Shown here one piece after another: positions 1 to 12,182 of a stretch of DNA of 64,000 bases. Position 1 is the stretch's first letter. The number at the start of each line of letters is the position of its first letter. This DNA comes from Klebsormidium nitens (taxonomy: Eukaryota; Plantae; Klebsormidiophyceae), in the NCBI GenBank assembly GCA_000708835.1, contig DF237005.1, positions 39,943-103,942 on the forward strand, read 5' to 3'. Below the pieces are notes generated by a model. It saw only the letters and a list, made by a program, of their open reading frames with translations, had not been told where the DNA came from and did not search any database. Both the position numbers and the translations under genes were made by a program.

Positions 1-26
1 AAATTGGGACAGGAGATTGTTCCAAC

Positions 27-120
27 TTCTGAGAGACCAAAGGCCCTGGAACTTGAAGGAAACCATGTCTCACTTCTGAGAGACCAAAGGCCCTGGAACT
101 TGAAGGAAACCCAGTCTCAC
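27..120. repeat. 47-bp tandem direct repeat (2 copies) overlapping the left terminus of the adjacent foldback element
   Basis: 27-73 ttctgagagaccaaaggccctggaacttgaaggaaaccatgtctcac and 74-120 are identical except aaccatg/aacccag near the end. Confidence 0.95.
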
Positions 121-836
121 GCCCGTTTCGAGAAAACCTCTCAAAACACCAGCCGTGTCGGTTTGGACAAAATGCTCGAAAGTGCCGGCCGGTTTTTGAA
201 CAAATTGCTCGAAATAGCCGGTCGAGTTTTGATCAAATCGCTCGTATTCTAGCTGCGCCATTCGAAGAAAAGGTTCGAATTTGTGGAGGCCCCGGGCACA
301 CACTAAAACCAAAAGGACTTGCTCGGTTGTCACTCGCAGTGGTGTAACCCTAAAGCGGGAAGGCCCGGTTGTCCCAGGGTTGCCCGCGAGACCCTAATTT
401 CACAGGCAGGGCCCGGTTGCTTCTCGGGTGCCACGGTCCCTAAACTACTACTCTAGAGGGAAGTGTCCGTTGTCCCCGGGAAGTTGCGGCCGCCCGCCGC
501 CCCGACCAACCACCCATAAGGGTACCGTCCTTTATGTACCGCAATCCCGGCGGTCTTCGCGATCGATGTTGTGGGCCGCGATGGTCCACCTGCATCGACG
601 GTGGAGATTTCCCGAAAGCTACCCGCACGTCGCGACGGCAGACCCGGACGGACCAGGTCGCAAATTTGAACAATTTGTTCGTATCGCCCGACGCAGTTTT
701 GAGCATTTTCTCCAAAATGACCCGACCGGATACGAACGATTTGTCCAAAATCGATCGCCGTATTTTGAGAGATTTACTCAAACTTTCAAATTGGTGTTTT
801 GAGAGGTTTTCTCAAAACGGGCCGTGAGTCTGGGTT
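108..836. mobile_element. Non-autonomous foldback/MITE-like element with long imperfect inverted arms built from 33-bp-periodic palindromic units
   Basis: The reverse complement of 108-150 (ggtgttttgagaggttttctcgaaacgggcgtgagactgggtt) matches 793-836 (ggtgttttgagaggttttctcaaaacgggccgtgagtctgggtt). Four further ~33-bp units lie inside each arm (to ~285 and from ~660). No TSD and no transposase ORF seen. Confidence 0.7.
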
Positions 837-2320
837 GCTGCATGAGAACGTTGAAACAGCTCACAAAAGCCCCCTGGGCCCTGGAAAATATTTTTGGAGG
901 ATTGCATCAATTGGTTGCATGAAGCACCTTGGATGGGGACAGAGATCAATCCTGTGGTACCATTCATGAGCGCCGCGGATCAGGGATGCTAGCAGACAAT
1001 CAAGGGACAAACAAGCGCTGCGCGTGCGCTTCGCAAGAGCACAAGCAGACGCAGCGGCCATAGAAATGTTAGTGAGGACTTAGGCGGGACGTTGGGTCCC
1101 TATACCATCCGCTTGAATCATGAATGCGGCTACCTCAGTGCGCGCGGTGGCGACACACATTCTGCAGCAGCCGGCTTTTGCAGGCGCTTCCCTGTGCGAC
1201 TTCTCCGGCAGGTAAGTCGTCATTTGTGCTTCTCCTCTTGCACAGACGGCAGCATTGCAATTCTCAAACCATTACCAGGATTGTCTGCTGTGCATTTAGT
1301 GAACTTACAAAGGTCAATAAGGTCAATTGCAATGGTCTTTCCTGTTTTCTGGTTGATATCCATGCAGAGCCAAATCGTACATGCTCGGTTGAAACAGACA
1401 TTTTTATGTTCAGTGGCCATCTCATCAGCGGACTCGTTCAGCATCATTCTGTCTGCCTTTGATTGTTAGGGATAATAAGTGCGGTTGGAGTGTTGATGAG
1501 TTTCTTGGAACTACCACCACTTCATCAGCCGCTAGTCTTTACATGGCAGCAATGAGGCGACAAACAGATTGGATTGGTGCCCTTCATGTATGTGACATTT
1601 GTCTCCGATCAGCCCGCAAATACTACGGATCAGTCAGCAAATACTACGCTTTGGTGCTTTGTAGAAGGCACCTTACTTCAGGTAATGTAGTTGGTACCTA
1701 TCGCTGTGCTTCATGGTGGCTAGTGTGGCTAACATTGCATTCTGGTCAAAGAACGTTCGAGCGCTGAGTTGGTATTGAAGGCTTCAACTTTTTTTCCAGA
1801 GAATGCGGGATGCATACCCTGGCTCCTCGTACTCAGCCTGGTGCGCGGTAAAGTGCTCTTGAAAGGCAGTTGTCCTGCCTACTTCAGATTCTCACAGTTG
1901 TGAGAAAGGGGATCGGTTGTGAACATATTTGTTCGCACTTGACTCTACTCTGCAACTTGTTTGCTAAGCATTGCAACTAGCGCAATATACCTTCCTTCAT
2001 CCTGGGTTGAGGAGGAAAGCATTTTGGAAGATCATCGGGACATCTATGTTTGTTTGGGGAATGGTGGCCATTGCATGCGGACAATTCTTTTGGTTTTTTG
2101 AGGGGCCCCTGCCAAGAGATGGTTTCTATCTCAGATGGGTTATAGTGGGGAGCGTGTTTTGGTGAGTGTTTTCCTACCTCAGCAGTATTTGAAGGTCTGC
2201 TCAATATTCATCCCACTGCATTTGAAAGTGCTGATGTCAAAGTGGCGCGCTTAAGAAGGAGAACTTTCCGTACACCAAATATTCTTGGTCAACTCCCAGC
2301 TTCTTCCCCCCCAATGGTTG

Positions 2321-5300
2321 ATGAGTCTGGATCCATCGTGCAGTGGCTCGTCCGCCTATGCTTTCGCCTGCTCTCGTCCTCAAAGTACGCACCCCTCTCC
2401 TCAACGACGACTGTACCCCGTCCAACGACTAAACGCGTCCTTGCCACTGCGGTCACAAAGCGGCGATGCCGACGTCGAGAAGCTGGAACAAGCAAGCAGC
2501 GCCGAGCAAACTCCTAGCAGATGGGGCCAGCTCAGGCGCCAAACGCTCCGGTCGCTGCAGAGAATCCCCCGCAAACCAGCGCTGGCGTTTCTAGGGTTAG
2601 TGGGGGGGTTAGCGACCCCAGTCTTGGTTAGCAGCGGCGGGTGTTCTGGCTCGGGAAATGGAAATGGAAGTGGAGAGGGTGAGGGCGGGGGTGGCGGAGA
2701 TGGTTTTCATTGGGACAAGGGACATGCGCGAGCAGCAACTGCTGAGGAGGAGGAAGAGGAAGAAGAGGAAGAGGAGGAGGAGGAGGAGGAAGTAGAGGTG
2801 GAAGAAAAGGGCGCGGTGGTGCCGCTGGGAGGAGAGGAGGAGGAAGACGAAGATGAGGGAGAGGACGTCCTGGCGGTGCGTTTGGGCAACTCTCCAGTTG
2901 ATAATTGTGATTCATGAGGAATTTCCAGGAACTGTCTCTCTGAGGAAGTGTCAGCCTCACGCTTGATGTTTCTGCCCAACTAAAACATCTAGCTGATGCC
3001 GTGAGGTCGTCTGCAATTGAAATGTATGGAGACACGTGTAAAGAAGTGGGGCTTTTGCAATTTGCGGCTTCAATGTTTCAAACCTGGCTTGGGAGATCCG
3101 TGAATACAAGGAGCTTCAAGTTGGAGCTTCTCTTTGAGAGAACGACCAAACGCAGAGACACCATTTCTTGGGGTTTTTTTATTGAGAAGCGAGCTTACGG
3201 ACATAGGAGTTCGCTCCAGCGCCTTTCTCAATTTCAAGGCGCTTCTGACGGTTTGAGTTCTGGCAGATTGTCTTCCTCTGTATGATATTGTCATTATCGA
3301 CACCTTGGCTGCATTGACGATGTGTGGCCTCCCCATCGTTGAAGCCTTTCCATTACAGAAAAAGCCGACCAGGACCAAGTGCTAGATATGAAGTGGTTCA
3401 GCATTCCGTATCTGGAGTCGCATGAGTCAACTAGAGTCATGCACCTTCTTAGAATGTTCTTCAACCGTTCTGACACCCGACCCATCGCCTTTTCCAGGAC
3501 ATTGCCGCATTCGACGACATCAACAAGAAGCGCTCGTGGCCCGCCACCTGGCGCTCCCCGTTCCAGGTCCCCGGCGAGCCGTTCGGCGTCGACCAGCTGC
3601 GCAAGACGTACGTCGGGGAGAAGCTCACGCCCGACCTGCAGGACAAGCTGACGTCAGATTTCCTCGGCATGTTCGGGGAGTACCTTGAGGGGATCACTCT
3701 CAGCTACGAGCGCAGCAACCGGGACCCTAACTTGAAGGACAACGAGGTGCGGCTGATTTTCAACTGGCGGGAGCCGGAGCTGCCGCCCATCCGGGGGCTG
3801 CGCGTGGTGGGGACGACCCTGATCACTGAGGAAATGAAGCGCGAGATGCTGAAGGACTTGCAGGTGCGTGTGTTCGCTCTCTATTTCTTTGTCCGTTTGA
3901 CTTGGTCTGTCTACCTGTGATGGGAAGAGACGAAGCGAGCCTCTTTTCAGACCAGATATGGGCCTTGTTTGTCGAACCCTTAGGCCCTCTAACATCAACA
4001 CTCTCCAGAAAGTTGTGTTCAGCATCGAAGACTCGACAATGATGTACGCATTTAAAGACCCTGCGGTTTTGTATCCTCGTTCCTCAAATCCCTGAACCCC
4101 GTCCAGAAGGGAATCAACCTGACCCCAACCCTGTGATTGACCATTCCTTTCTTAACCCCGTGCTGCGTCGAATGCGCGCACGCTTGCCATTTTTTCCATG
4201 TTCAAGGACCGGCTTAAGACGCCTTGGTTGTAGTCTCAGCCTTTATCAGAAGCAGATTCAAACGGACCCTGACCCTGACCTTGTAGATACAAACTTCGTG
4301 CCGCAGAAAGAGACCTTGCTGAACTTGCGCATGCAAGAAAACGGTTCAAGGCCATCGTGCAAGGCGGCAAAACTTTGCATCTCCTTCCAAAAGTTTCCGT
4401 CCAAAGGCGAATGAAACGAGTACACTGTGTAACTAACTCTTACATTCTAAAACCTTTGTCGCAGGAGGAGGTTCCGTTGAACGCGCGCACGCTGGCCATG
4501 TTCAAGGACCGGCTGAAGGCGTCGTTCAAGTCGGCGGGGCTGGAGGCGGGGCTATACCAGATGAACTTCGTGGACGGAAACATCCTGCAAATGAAGTTCT
4601 TCGAGAACCGGATTGGCAACATCACGTTCCAGTTTACGGACGAGAATGGCAAGATCACCTACAACGAGGACATTGCCAAGTGCATGCCGATCGGAGTAAG
4701 TTTCTTCGTCGAGCTTTTTCTTCGTCGAGCTTTCTGATTGAGACTACCACCTGTCGACTGTTTGCTCGCATCGGTTTCATTTTTCTTGCTTATATAAATC
4801 GAGGATTACAATTCACAATTCTCTCACGTGAATCGTTTCCCTGCGAGGCGATTGAGTAGAGGTGCCTGGCGACAATCCTCTTACGTCGTACGGCGCCAAT
4901 CAATCGTCATGCACCGTCGACGAGCAAGTGTCGAGTGAAGACCTCTTTTTGCAACGTCGCAACGACACCGAGCGGGTCATTCCCGAGCCACCAGATCTCA
5001 ACGATAAAGCTGACCCCGAGTAGGTTGCGAAAAGAGAGACCCGGCGGAAACAGCTAACACAGGGCGCCAACACCAAACCACAATCCTTAGAAGCGCTAGA
5101 TTCGACACTGACACGTCTGCTTACGATCTGCAGTTCCAGGCGGGTGACGTCATGAAGTCGTGGGATGCGCTGGGGCCGCTGCAAGAGGGTATTTTGGCAA
5201 TGGGCGCATTCTCACGCGTCGGCATCGGGATGAAGCCCATGCGCTCGAAAGGAGAGGGCTCCAAGTGGCTCAACCTCGACGTGCAGTGTGAACTGGCCCA

Positions 5301-8300
5301 GCAGAAGGCGGTGGACGGGGAACTAGACTGGCAGTTTATTCCCAACGAGGCCGGGCGGCCCACGCTGGTGAGGCGCGGAGAAGCGCCATGTTTGGTTCTG
5401 AAGGGTCTTTGGATTGGGACCTGTGTTCGTTTCTCTTGTAAGTGAAGAGAGTACTGTCTGGGCGGTTGTTAGCTGTGGATAAGATTACAGCGTACTCCGA
5501 AATGAAGGGCACAGTGCGGCTTGTCTGGTTTCCCTTGACTGCATTCCGCTTGGGAATGCCGACTTCCTGTCTCGAAACTTTGCTGCGGATGAAGCTCAGC
5601 ACACGCAGGCTACCTTTTCTTAGGCATCCCCCCTCCGGATCCGGGTTTTTTTTCCAAGACGCTTTGAAACGTATCTATTGCTCACTTGTGTAATGCATCG
5701 TTCCCCCGTGCAGTACTCGCTGGAGCCCGGAGGCACGATCATGTACCAGCACTCGCACTTTGGGGGCTGGAATAAGTCCTTCTCCGCCAGCATCGGAACC
5801 TCCAACTTCTTCAGCCCCATGGTGGGTCCTTCTACTATCTATTCCGTCCTCGATTACCCCTGTTCCAGCAGAGTATATTGTTGGCTCTCATGCTTGTTTC
5901 TGATCTTTCAGATTACTTGTTTCTGACTCCATTGCTCAGAGCCTCTGGATCCCTTACTGTCACTCCCTCTATCTAAAGGTCTTGCGGGACGCTCGTGAAA
6001 GGTGCAAACTCGTAACTTCCCGTTTTTGGGCCTGGCGCCAAGCTTTTGCTTGGTTGATCCATAGCTGGCAATTATGCAAGCGTTTACGTTGCTGCGTCTT
6101 GGGCAAGTCTAGGCAGGAATCCGGGAATTCGACGGAGTTACTTTAACTGGGTTTCGGAGACCGCACTGATCCATCAAATTTCGTTAAAAGCTCGACTTCT
6201 CAATGTCTCCCCGTCGTCTTACAGGAGGACATCGGCTTCAACCTTAGCTACAAGCACCTGAACGTGTTCGGCCCCAACGATAAAAAGAACCGCAAACTAG
6301 AGGTGGACGCTTTCAACGGGCGCAAGGAGAGCGCGATCCACACCCCCAGCCCCGCTTTGGAGGGGATCCCCCACATCATGGTCGACAGAGCCGGCGTTAG
6401 AGCCACTCTGACCGAGGTGAGCATGACGTCCTCGCTCATAAGTTATGACTGTTGTGGCTAGGCATGCGCTATTTCGATGCGGTAAGTTTTTGAAGGGCAG
6501 GCTGTCCGGTGAAATATGCCCTTATCAGTCGTAATATTGGGCTCTTTTCTTCATGAGTTAGCACTTGTGAAGTTGGCAGTATGCTAAGCTTCGGACGTTA
6601 AGGAAGGACGGGCTGCTTTGTCTGCAACTCTGTGCTGAAAGTAATCCGCAGGCTCTGATTTGACCAAAGCTTCTGTCATAAGGGTAAGACACATAGGGTC
6701 GTCAGGGCTGTTCGGCTGCTTTTGATCTTCCGTTTGGACAGAAAGAGGCATTCCTCCCCCCCCCAAATAAGGCCTCACTGATCCCAGCCCCTCCTCTTCG
6801 CAGTTCCCCTTCTTCTCCAAGAAGATCCAGATCGACTACGGGGCGACGCTCGAGGAGGTCAACTCTCGGGGGGAGGACTACCAGTTTGCGGCGCAGGGCT
6901 CCAAGATTCTGAACAACGGTACCTTCGACGATCAAGGCCCCCCCACCAGCCTAGGCGTCACGGGGTCCGACAAGCAGCTGTTCTTGCACGGCTCGATCGA
7001 GTACAACAACGTGACGATGGAGAAGGAGGTGGCGCAGGGAACGCGCGCACTATTCACGGTAAGTTGTTTTGGGGGTTCATAATATCGAAAGTTTTTGGGA
7101 CCATTGGGGTCCGACAAGCAGCTGTTCTTACACAGCTCGATCGAGTATAACGACGTGACGATGGAGAAGGAGGTGGCGCAGGGCACGCGCGCACTCTTCA
7201 CGGTGAGGCGGTTTGACGTTACGTTCTAGAGGTGAACGACCTATAAGAAATGAGAGATTGTCGGATAGCGGGGTCCGACAAGCAGCTGCTTTTTTCGGGC
7301 TGAATCGAGTACAACAACGTGACAATTTGGGAGGAGGTGGAGCATGGCACGCGCGCACTGCTTACGGGGAGGCTTTTTGAAACTCGGATGTCGAACCTGT
7401 TGGGATGATTGGGATCCGACAGCACGGCTCGACCGAGTAAACCAACGTGACAATGAGAAACGAAGTGGCGAAGGGCACGCGTCCATCGACGGTGAAGAGT
7501 TGTTGACTCTATTTTTTTCAACCATACACGTCCACACATCGTCGAAGGCAGGAGAAAACACTTGAGTCAGCTCCGCTCCTTTGAAGCTTCCACTTCTTTT
7601 GCACGTTGAACATGGCACGTGGACCGGTACCGAGCTTTCGTTCGCGAGTCGACTCTTACCGTGAGTCATTAACCGCATTCACTTCTCACTTCCACGTATT
7701 CCCAATTCCTAATCTACGAAGCCCTCAACTCCGCTCCGCTCCCCTAAATCTTCTCGTTTTTCCCGCAGATGGAGCAAGGCACGTGGATCGGCACTGAGCA
7801 CCCGATGTTCAACCGGTGGACGGCCTCTGCGACGCAGTACTTCAAGCTCGGTCAGCTTCCCAAACTCGACACGCTGGCATCTCCGAGCGCCGTCGTGCAC
7901 GCAAAGGCGGGCGACACGATCGGGGATCTCGCGCCGTACGATGCGCACCCGCTTGGGGGCCCGTACACGGTGCGCGCATATGGGATTGGGGACCTTGGGG
8001 CAGCCCGGCGATACCTGGAGGTGAGGTGGTAGATTCGTTTGGGTTTGACTCTGGGTTTCGGTTTTGGATCTTGTTTGGGTTACGGTTTGGATCTGGATTT
8101 ACAATTCCTGCGCGTCGTGCCAATATGACTAGCGCCGTACGACGCGCACCCGCTTGGGGGGCCGTACACGGTGTGCGCGTGCGGGACTGGGGACCTTGGG
8201 GTGGCCCGGAGATACCTGGAGGATAAGGCAATTGGGCGGTGTCGTATTGTAAGGGGTTGCTTTCTGGATTTCTGCGTGTTTTGTCGGTTTCTAGGTTTTC

Positions 8301-10092
8301 TTCTCTCACCCTTCGTTGGGGGCTATTCAGCACTCTTGGACAGATCCCGAGCCGCTGTTTCAGATTGGATCCGATTCCCGCGCTCTGAGCTTCCGAAGCT
8401 GACTGCCGTGCTTGTTCCACTCTTGTTTGCGGTCCGTATACCTGTAAATTTGAAATTGGATTTGAAATGCATCTGTGTGGCGCATTAACTTTGCAACTGG
8501 CGACAAGAACCGGGGGGCTACGAATCTGTGGCAGGTTATTCCTGCAAGTGCTGCGTGCTCACAAATGGGCCTCGTTCCCTACAGCTCTTCCATTATTACA
8601 TAAGGCCGCCACTACCTGCCAGATTGTGTTTGACTGCTTGTCGTCACCTTTTCGATCCGTCTCATTTGTTTCCCCTACGCTTCGCGAACTTCCTTTGGAT
8701 CAGCTTTGAAGATCCGCATGCCTCCATTTGCGTCCAATTTGCTTTCCTTTGGGTTGACCATAACCCGGGTTGACGCTCGGTTAGCTTGACATGACCCTAA
8801 CCCGAAGCACCGCTAGCCCCCTGCCATCTCTGGCAGTGGGTGGCAGGGAAGACACGAGAAAAGAAGGTTTGGTGCGCGAGCAACAGGGTGAGCGTCTTGC
8901 TTGGAGACTGGCCAGCTTGCCAAGCGAAAGCTTGTGCGGGCTGGCCGTCTTGTGCTCTCAAGCTGATGCGAAACCCGACATTGTTATCCTAATCAAAAAG
9001 GTGTCCAAGGGTTACGGTGTGTTCCGGATTGAGATTCCAATAAGATTTTCATGTATAGTCTGGTCTTCTGTCATGTGCTAGAGTCGATTATATTGAGTGT
9101 TTGGACACGACTTTCGTACAACGGACACTTCTGCCCCGCCTGTTGGTCCGATTCTTTCACACCTTCAACTTTCGAATTACTGAAATTTTCCGGAAATACT
9201 CACCGAACCGCAAAGGGTATGGAAAAACAACTAACCGAGGAAGAGGCTCAAATTCCTGCGTCGGTGCGTGCTGTCCGATGATGTAAACCAAACCGCTGAC
9301 ATTCTCTTCCCACGGGGAGGGTGACCACGCTGCTAGTGAACGCTGCATGTATCGCCTCTGCTACTCCTCCTGAGCGGGGCGGCGATGCATGCAGCGCGTG
9401 CTGGCGGCGGTGGATGAGGGACGTGTTATGAGAGCTGAGGACAGCAGCACTGGCGCTCTTTTCGTTTTGGATATTATTTTTGGTCGGTCTGTACTGTTTA
9501 ACCTCTCGTATTATTTGCTTGTTTGTCTGGTCGATCGCCAAGCATTCGAGAGGGCCTAGGTGTTGCGCTGCAGAATATGATGTTTATCCGACTCTCTGTT
9601 GCTGTGGTTTGGTCCTGCTCTGCTCAGAGAGGGGCGATAGAAACAATGGCTAAGAGCGTGCTTTTACTCGCTTTTGTGATTGGGGTGCGAATGTCTCGCG
9701 TGCAAGGTTCCGCTTTCCCAATATTTGCCTTTTTCGTGACTTGCGTGCTGCCTGACCTGACGAGCACCTTGAAGAGAACGCCTTTGGGCAACCAGTGACA
9801 TAAGGCGAGTGGTGATTGCTCACCTGCACCCTGAATTTTCGTTTGTGTGCAGCTCGCTACCGAGGTCAAGTATCCAATCAAGACCGCCTCTGTTTACGGG
9901 TTTGCCGAGTATGCGACCGACCTGGGGAGCGGGCCGGAAGTACCCGGGAATCCAAACGAGTACTATAACCGACGGGGGCACGGACTCGCTTACGGCGCTG
10001 GTGTTGAATGGTGCGGAGCGAAGATAGAGTACGTCAGGGACTGTCATAAGAAGTCGGGATCGGTTGTGCTTCGTCACGGCAACAGATTCTGA
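2321..10092 (+). CDS. TOC75: Toc75-like plastid outer-envelope Omp85/BamA-family beta-barrel protein (divergent paralog), 9 exons, ~810 aa
   Basis: Exons 2321-2875, 3498-3863, 4465-4695, 5134-5367, 5714-5821, 6225-6416, 6804-7058, 7769-8020 and 9853-10092 are all GT-AG and phase 0. The N-terminus has a transit-peptide-like region and a poly-Gly stretch (GSGNGNGSGEGEGGGGGDG). Motifs align from memory to Toc75-III: ELDWQFIP..GRPTL/YSLEPGG, VDRAGVRATLTE, GPPTSLGVTG, GDLAPYDAHPLGGPYTVRAYGIGDLGAARR, GNPNEYYNRRGHG..YGAGV, C-terminal LRHGNRF. Confidence 0.88.
4165..4370 (+). repeat. Two degenerate intronic copies of the 5' part of Toc75-like exon 3
   Basis: 4165-4225 gaatgcgcgcacgcttgccat...atgttcaaggaccggcttaagacg versus exon gaacgcgcgcacgctggccatgttcaaggaccggctgaaggcg. 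A weaker copy lies at ~4315-4370. Confidence 0.75.
7106..7635 (+). repeat. Three serial intronic copies of the 3' 97 nt of Toc75-like exon 7 with donor site, plus a short copy of the exon 8 start
   Basis: Copies start at 7106, 7270 and 7411 (ggg(g/a)tccgaca). Copy 1 has 6 mismatches in 97 nt and is followed by gtgagg. 7605-7635 (gaacatggcacgtggaccggtaccgagc) resembles the exon 8 start (gagcaaggcacgtggatcggcactgagc). Confidence 0.92.
8133..8221 (+). repeat. Intronic copy of the 3' ~90 nt of Toc75-like exon 8
   Basis: cgccgtacgacgcgcacccgcttggggggccgtacacgg...gatacctggag is offset 201 bp from 7932-8020. The donor is mutated to gataag. Confidence 0.92.
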
Positions 10093-12182
10093 TCCGAGCA
10101 ATTCAAAATTTTGTTAAGGACAAAAATCCAGAAAAGTCGAGCGGTTGGTGGCAGCACGGATTGTGGCGTCGCTGTCCACAGTCGCATCCTTTGTCACTCT
10201 GCCAGTCAGCCTTGGCGTCATTTTCTCACATGCGGGCAATGCTTTCAGGCCAGACTGGCGAAGATTTAGTACGTGATATCCCTGGTGACTGACCGATGGA
10301 TAGCCACTGATCTTGAATCAATCTCGATCCTATGTTGTCACAGATGTCAATTGGTTCTCAATGATTTGAATGTATTTGTACAAGCTGCAGATTGAAAGAG
10401 AAAACTCGCAAATTTGTGTGAACAGAATGTTGCCGATGCCGCATATACGAACATGTGACCCATGAAGTCACAATCAGTGTGCCATATATGTCAGGCTGCG
10501 AGTTAGCCGCTGAGTCGACCCCGGGGTGCTTGCAATCTGAGTGCAAGGGCCGCAGCCATTCAACCGTATGTGTGTCGCTAGTACCCTATGCGCGATATCC
10601 GGCCGTCGGTACGTCTCGGTTTGCTTTGCGAGTGCTGTACCGCAAATTAACGCATGTTCATATAATGTTGACTGAGATTATAGCCCTCGCGATGACATGC
10701 ATTGCATGACAGATCCCTATCAATCGCGCATTAAGAAGCTATAGTTACTGAACCTGTTCAGGGGGACGGTCACATATCGAGTAGTTGCCCTCGAAGCAGC
10801 CAACCGAAGCTCACCTTAGTCAAGTCACATCTGGAATTACCAATAAGCGATTCCGCTTTGTGTACAGGAGCGGCAAAACGCGATGATTTGCCAATCACAA
10901 GGGGCGCTCGATCGAAGCTTCTGTGTTCGCTTCCAAATCACGGCTGCTCGAACTGGTAAGAAGACTCTTGTGTCGGTTCTTTCTAGCTAAGGGGCATCGG
11001 GGAACCGGTCCTTCCTGACGTCACATGGCGACTGTCATTGTGCTTCCTCCGCGTTTGTCGCCAACAGGCCCAAGTGGCGGTGGTGTTCCCCGGGCCCCAA
11101 TATCCACTTCTACCTGACCGGTGGTGACGTTTTGGGCCGCCCCGGTCATACGCCCTCTTCAAAGGGACATGTCATACGCTGCTGACATCTATAGCCCTGA
11201 TTACTAGAATGCCTGCAGTGAAGGTCTAAACTCTAAACCACCAATGAGGAGATGCAGCAACGTCACTGCCGTGATTCTCTGTGACTGGCCAGTGGCAGTA
11301 CGTAACTCGGGCGGTTACGTAACCCCAGAGGGAGTGCGCTGCACGTACCGCCAATAAGTCCAGAGGGAGTGCGCGATCTGCGGGCGGGGGTACGTAGTAG
11401 GAGTGGCCGCGGCCCCGTGTTTTTAAAGTCAATTTTCACCCATTCAAGCTTTGTATCAAAAGTCTGTTGAGTACGTTTCTTTTCCCGGCCTATTCAGTCA
11501 TGGAATCGTGGCGAGTACAGCTTCACACAGCAGGAAGCGACGTCGGCCTTGACCTTAACTGAAACACGGCTGCAGGCGTGATTCAGGCGTGATGCAGAGA
11601 GACATTCTCTCAAAGAAAAGATCAAATAGCTTTTCGGAGAAGACCTTTGAAGAAGTTAGGAACATTCTCAAAGAGTCTTCATCAATCCAGATTTGAAGGG
11701 AAGGGAGGTTTCTGGCTCCGGCAGTGAGCAGAATACTGACTGCCCGTATGACGTGCCACGCCTGATCTTCTCGTGTATGGTTAGTGCTTAGTTTCCAGCC
11801 AGAACCCATAGCGACTAGACGTTTGTAACAGCCGCTTACGTTGTCTTTCTTCCAACAGCAGGAGATCCCAACTTGCCTGCCAAAGCTTACTTTTGAAGGG
11901 CTGCTCGAAGAGTGTCGCCGTTATGAGAAAGAAGTTCTCCGGACCTAGCCGCCGCCGACAGACAGGAAGAGGGAAAACAACGAATCGTTGTTGGTTGTTA
12001 AACGTCGATCCAAGCTACCTCAGTTTTTCTTATCAGAAACGGATACCTTAAAACCCGCGATCCTAAAACGGACCTCGCACTTTTAGTCACGACCTCAGTT
12101 CAAATAGATCCTTAACACAACCCTCAAGCAGTCAGTACTTCAAAGCGCTTGTAGTGGAGCCACGTGTTCGCGCCTAAAAGCT

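Noticed and set aside
70-802. Pair of divergent ORFs encoding 11-aa (F/Y)ExFxQ repeats
   Set aside because: The peptide periodicity follows from a 33-bp palindromic DNA repeat. The ORFs have no good starts, and the repeat is better explained as non-coding element arms.
126-817. CRISPR array (palindromic repeats resembling GTTTT...AAAAC)
   Set aside because: Linkers are only ~11-13 bp, repeats are degenerate and arranged as two inverted arms, there are no cas genes, and the context is eukaryotic.
861-2165. Small genes upstream of the Toc75-like gene (861-1061 on -, or + exons 1120-1211, 1800-1847 and 1981-2161)
   Set aside because: Plausible splice sites exist, but the phases do not join into a convincing protein and no family is recognisable. 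These may be UTR exons.
9005-9215. MITE with GGTT(A)CGGTG..TTCCGGA inverted ends in Toc75-like intron 8
   Set aside because: The inverted match is short and gapped and there is no TSD, so it cannot be supported.
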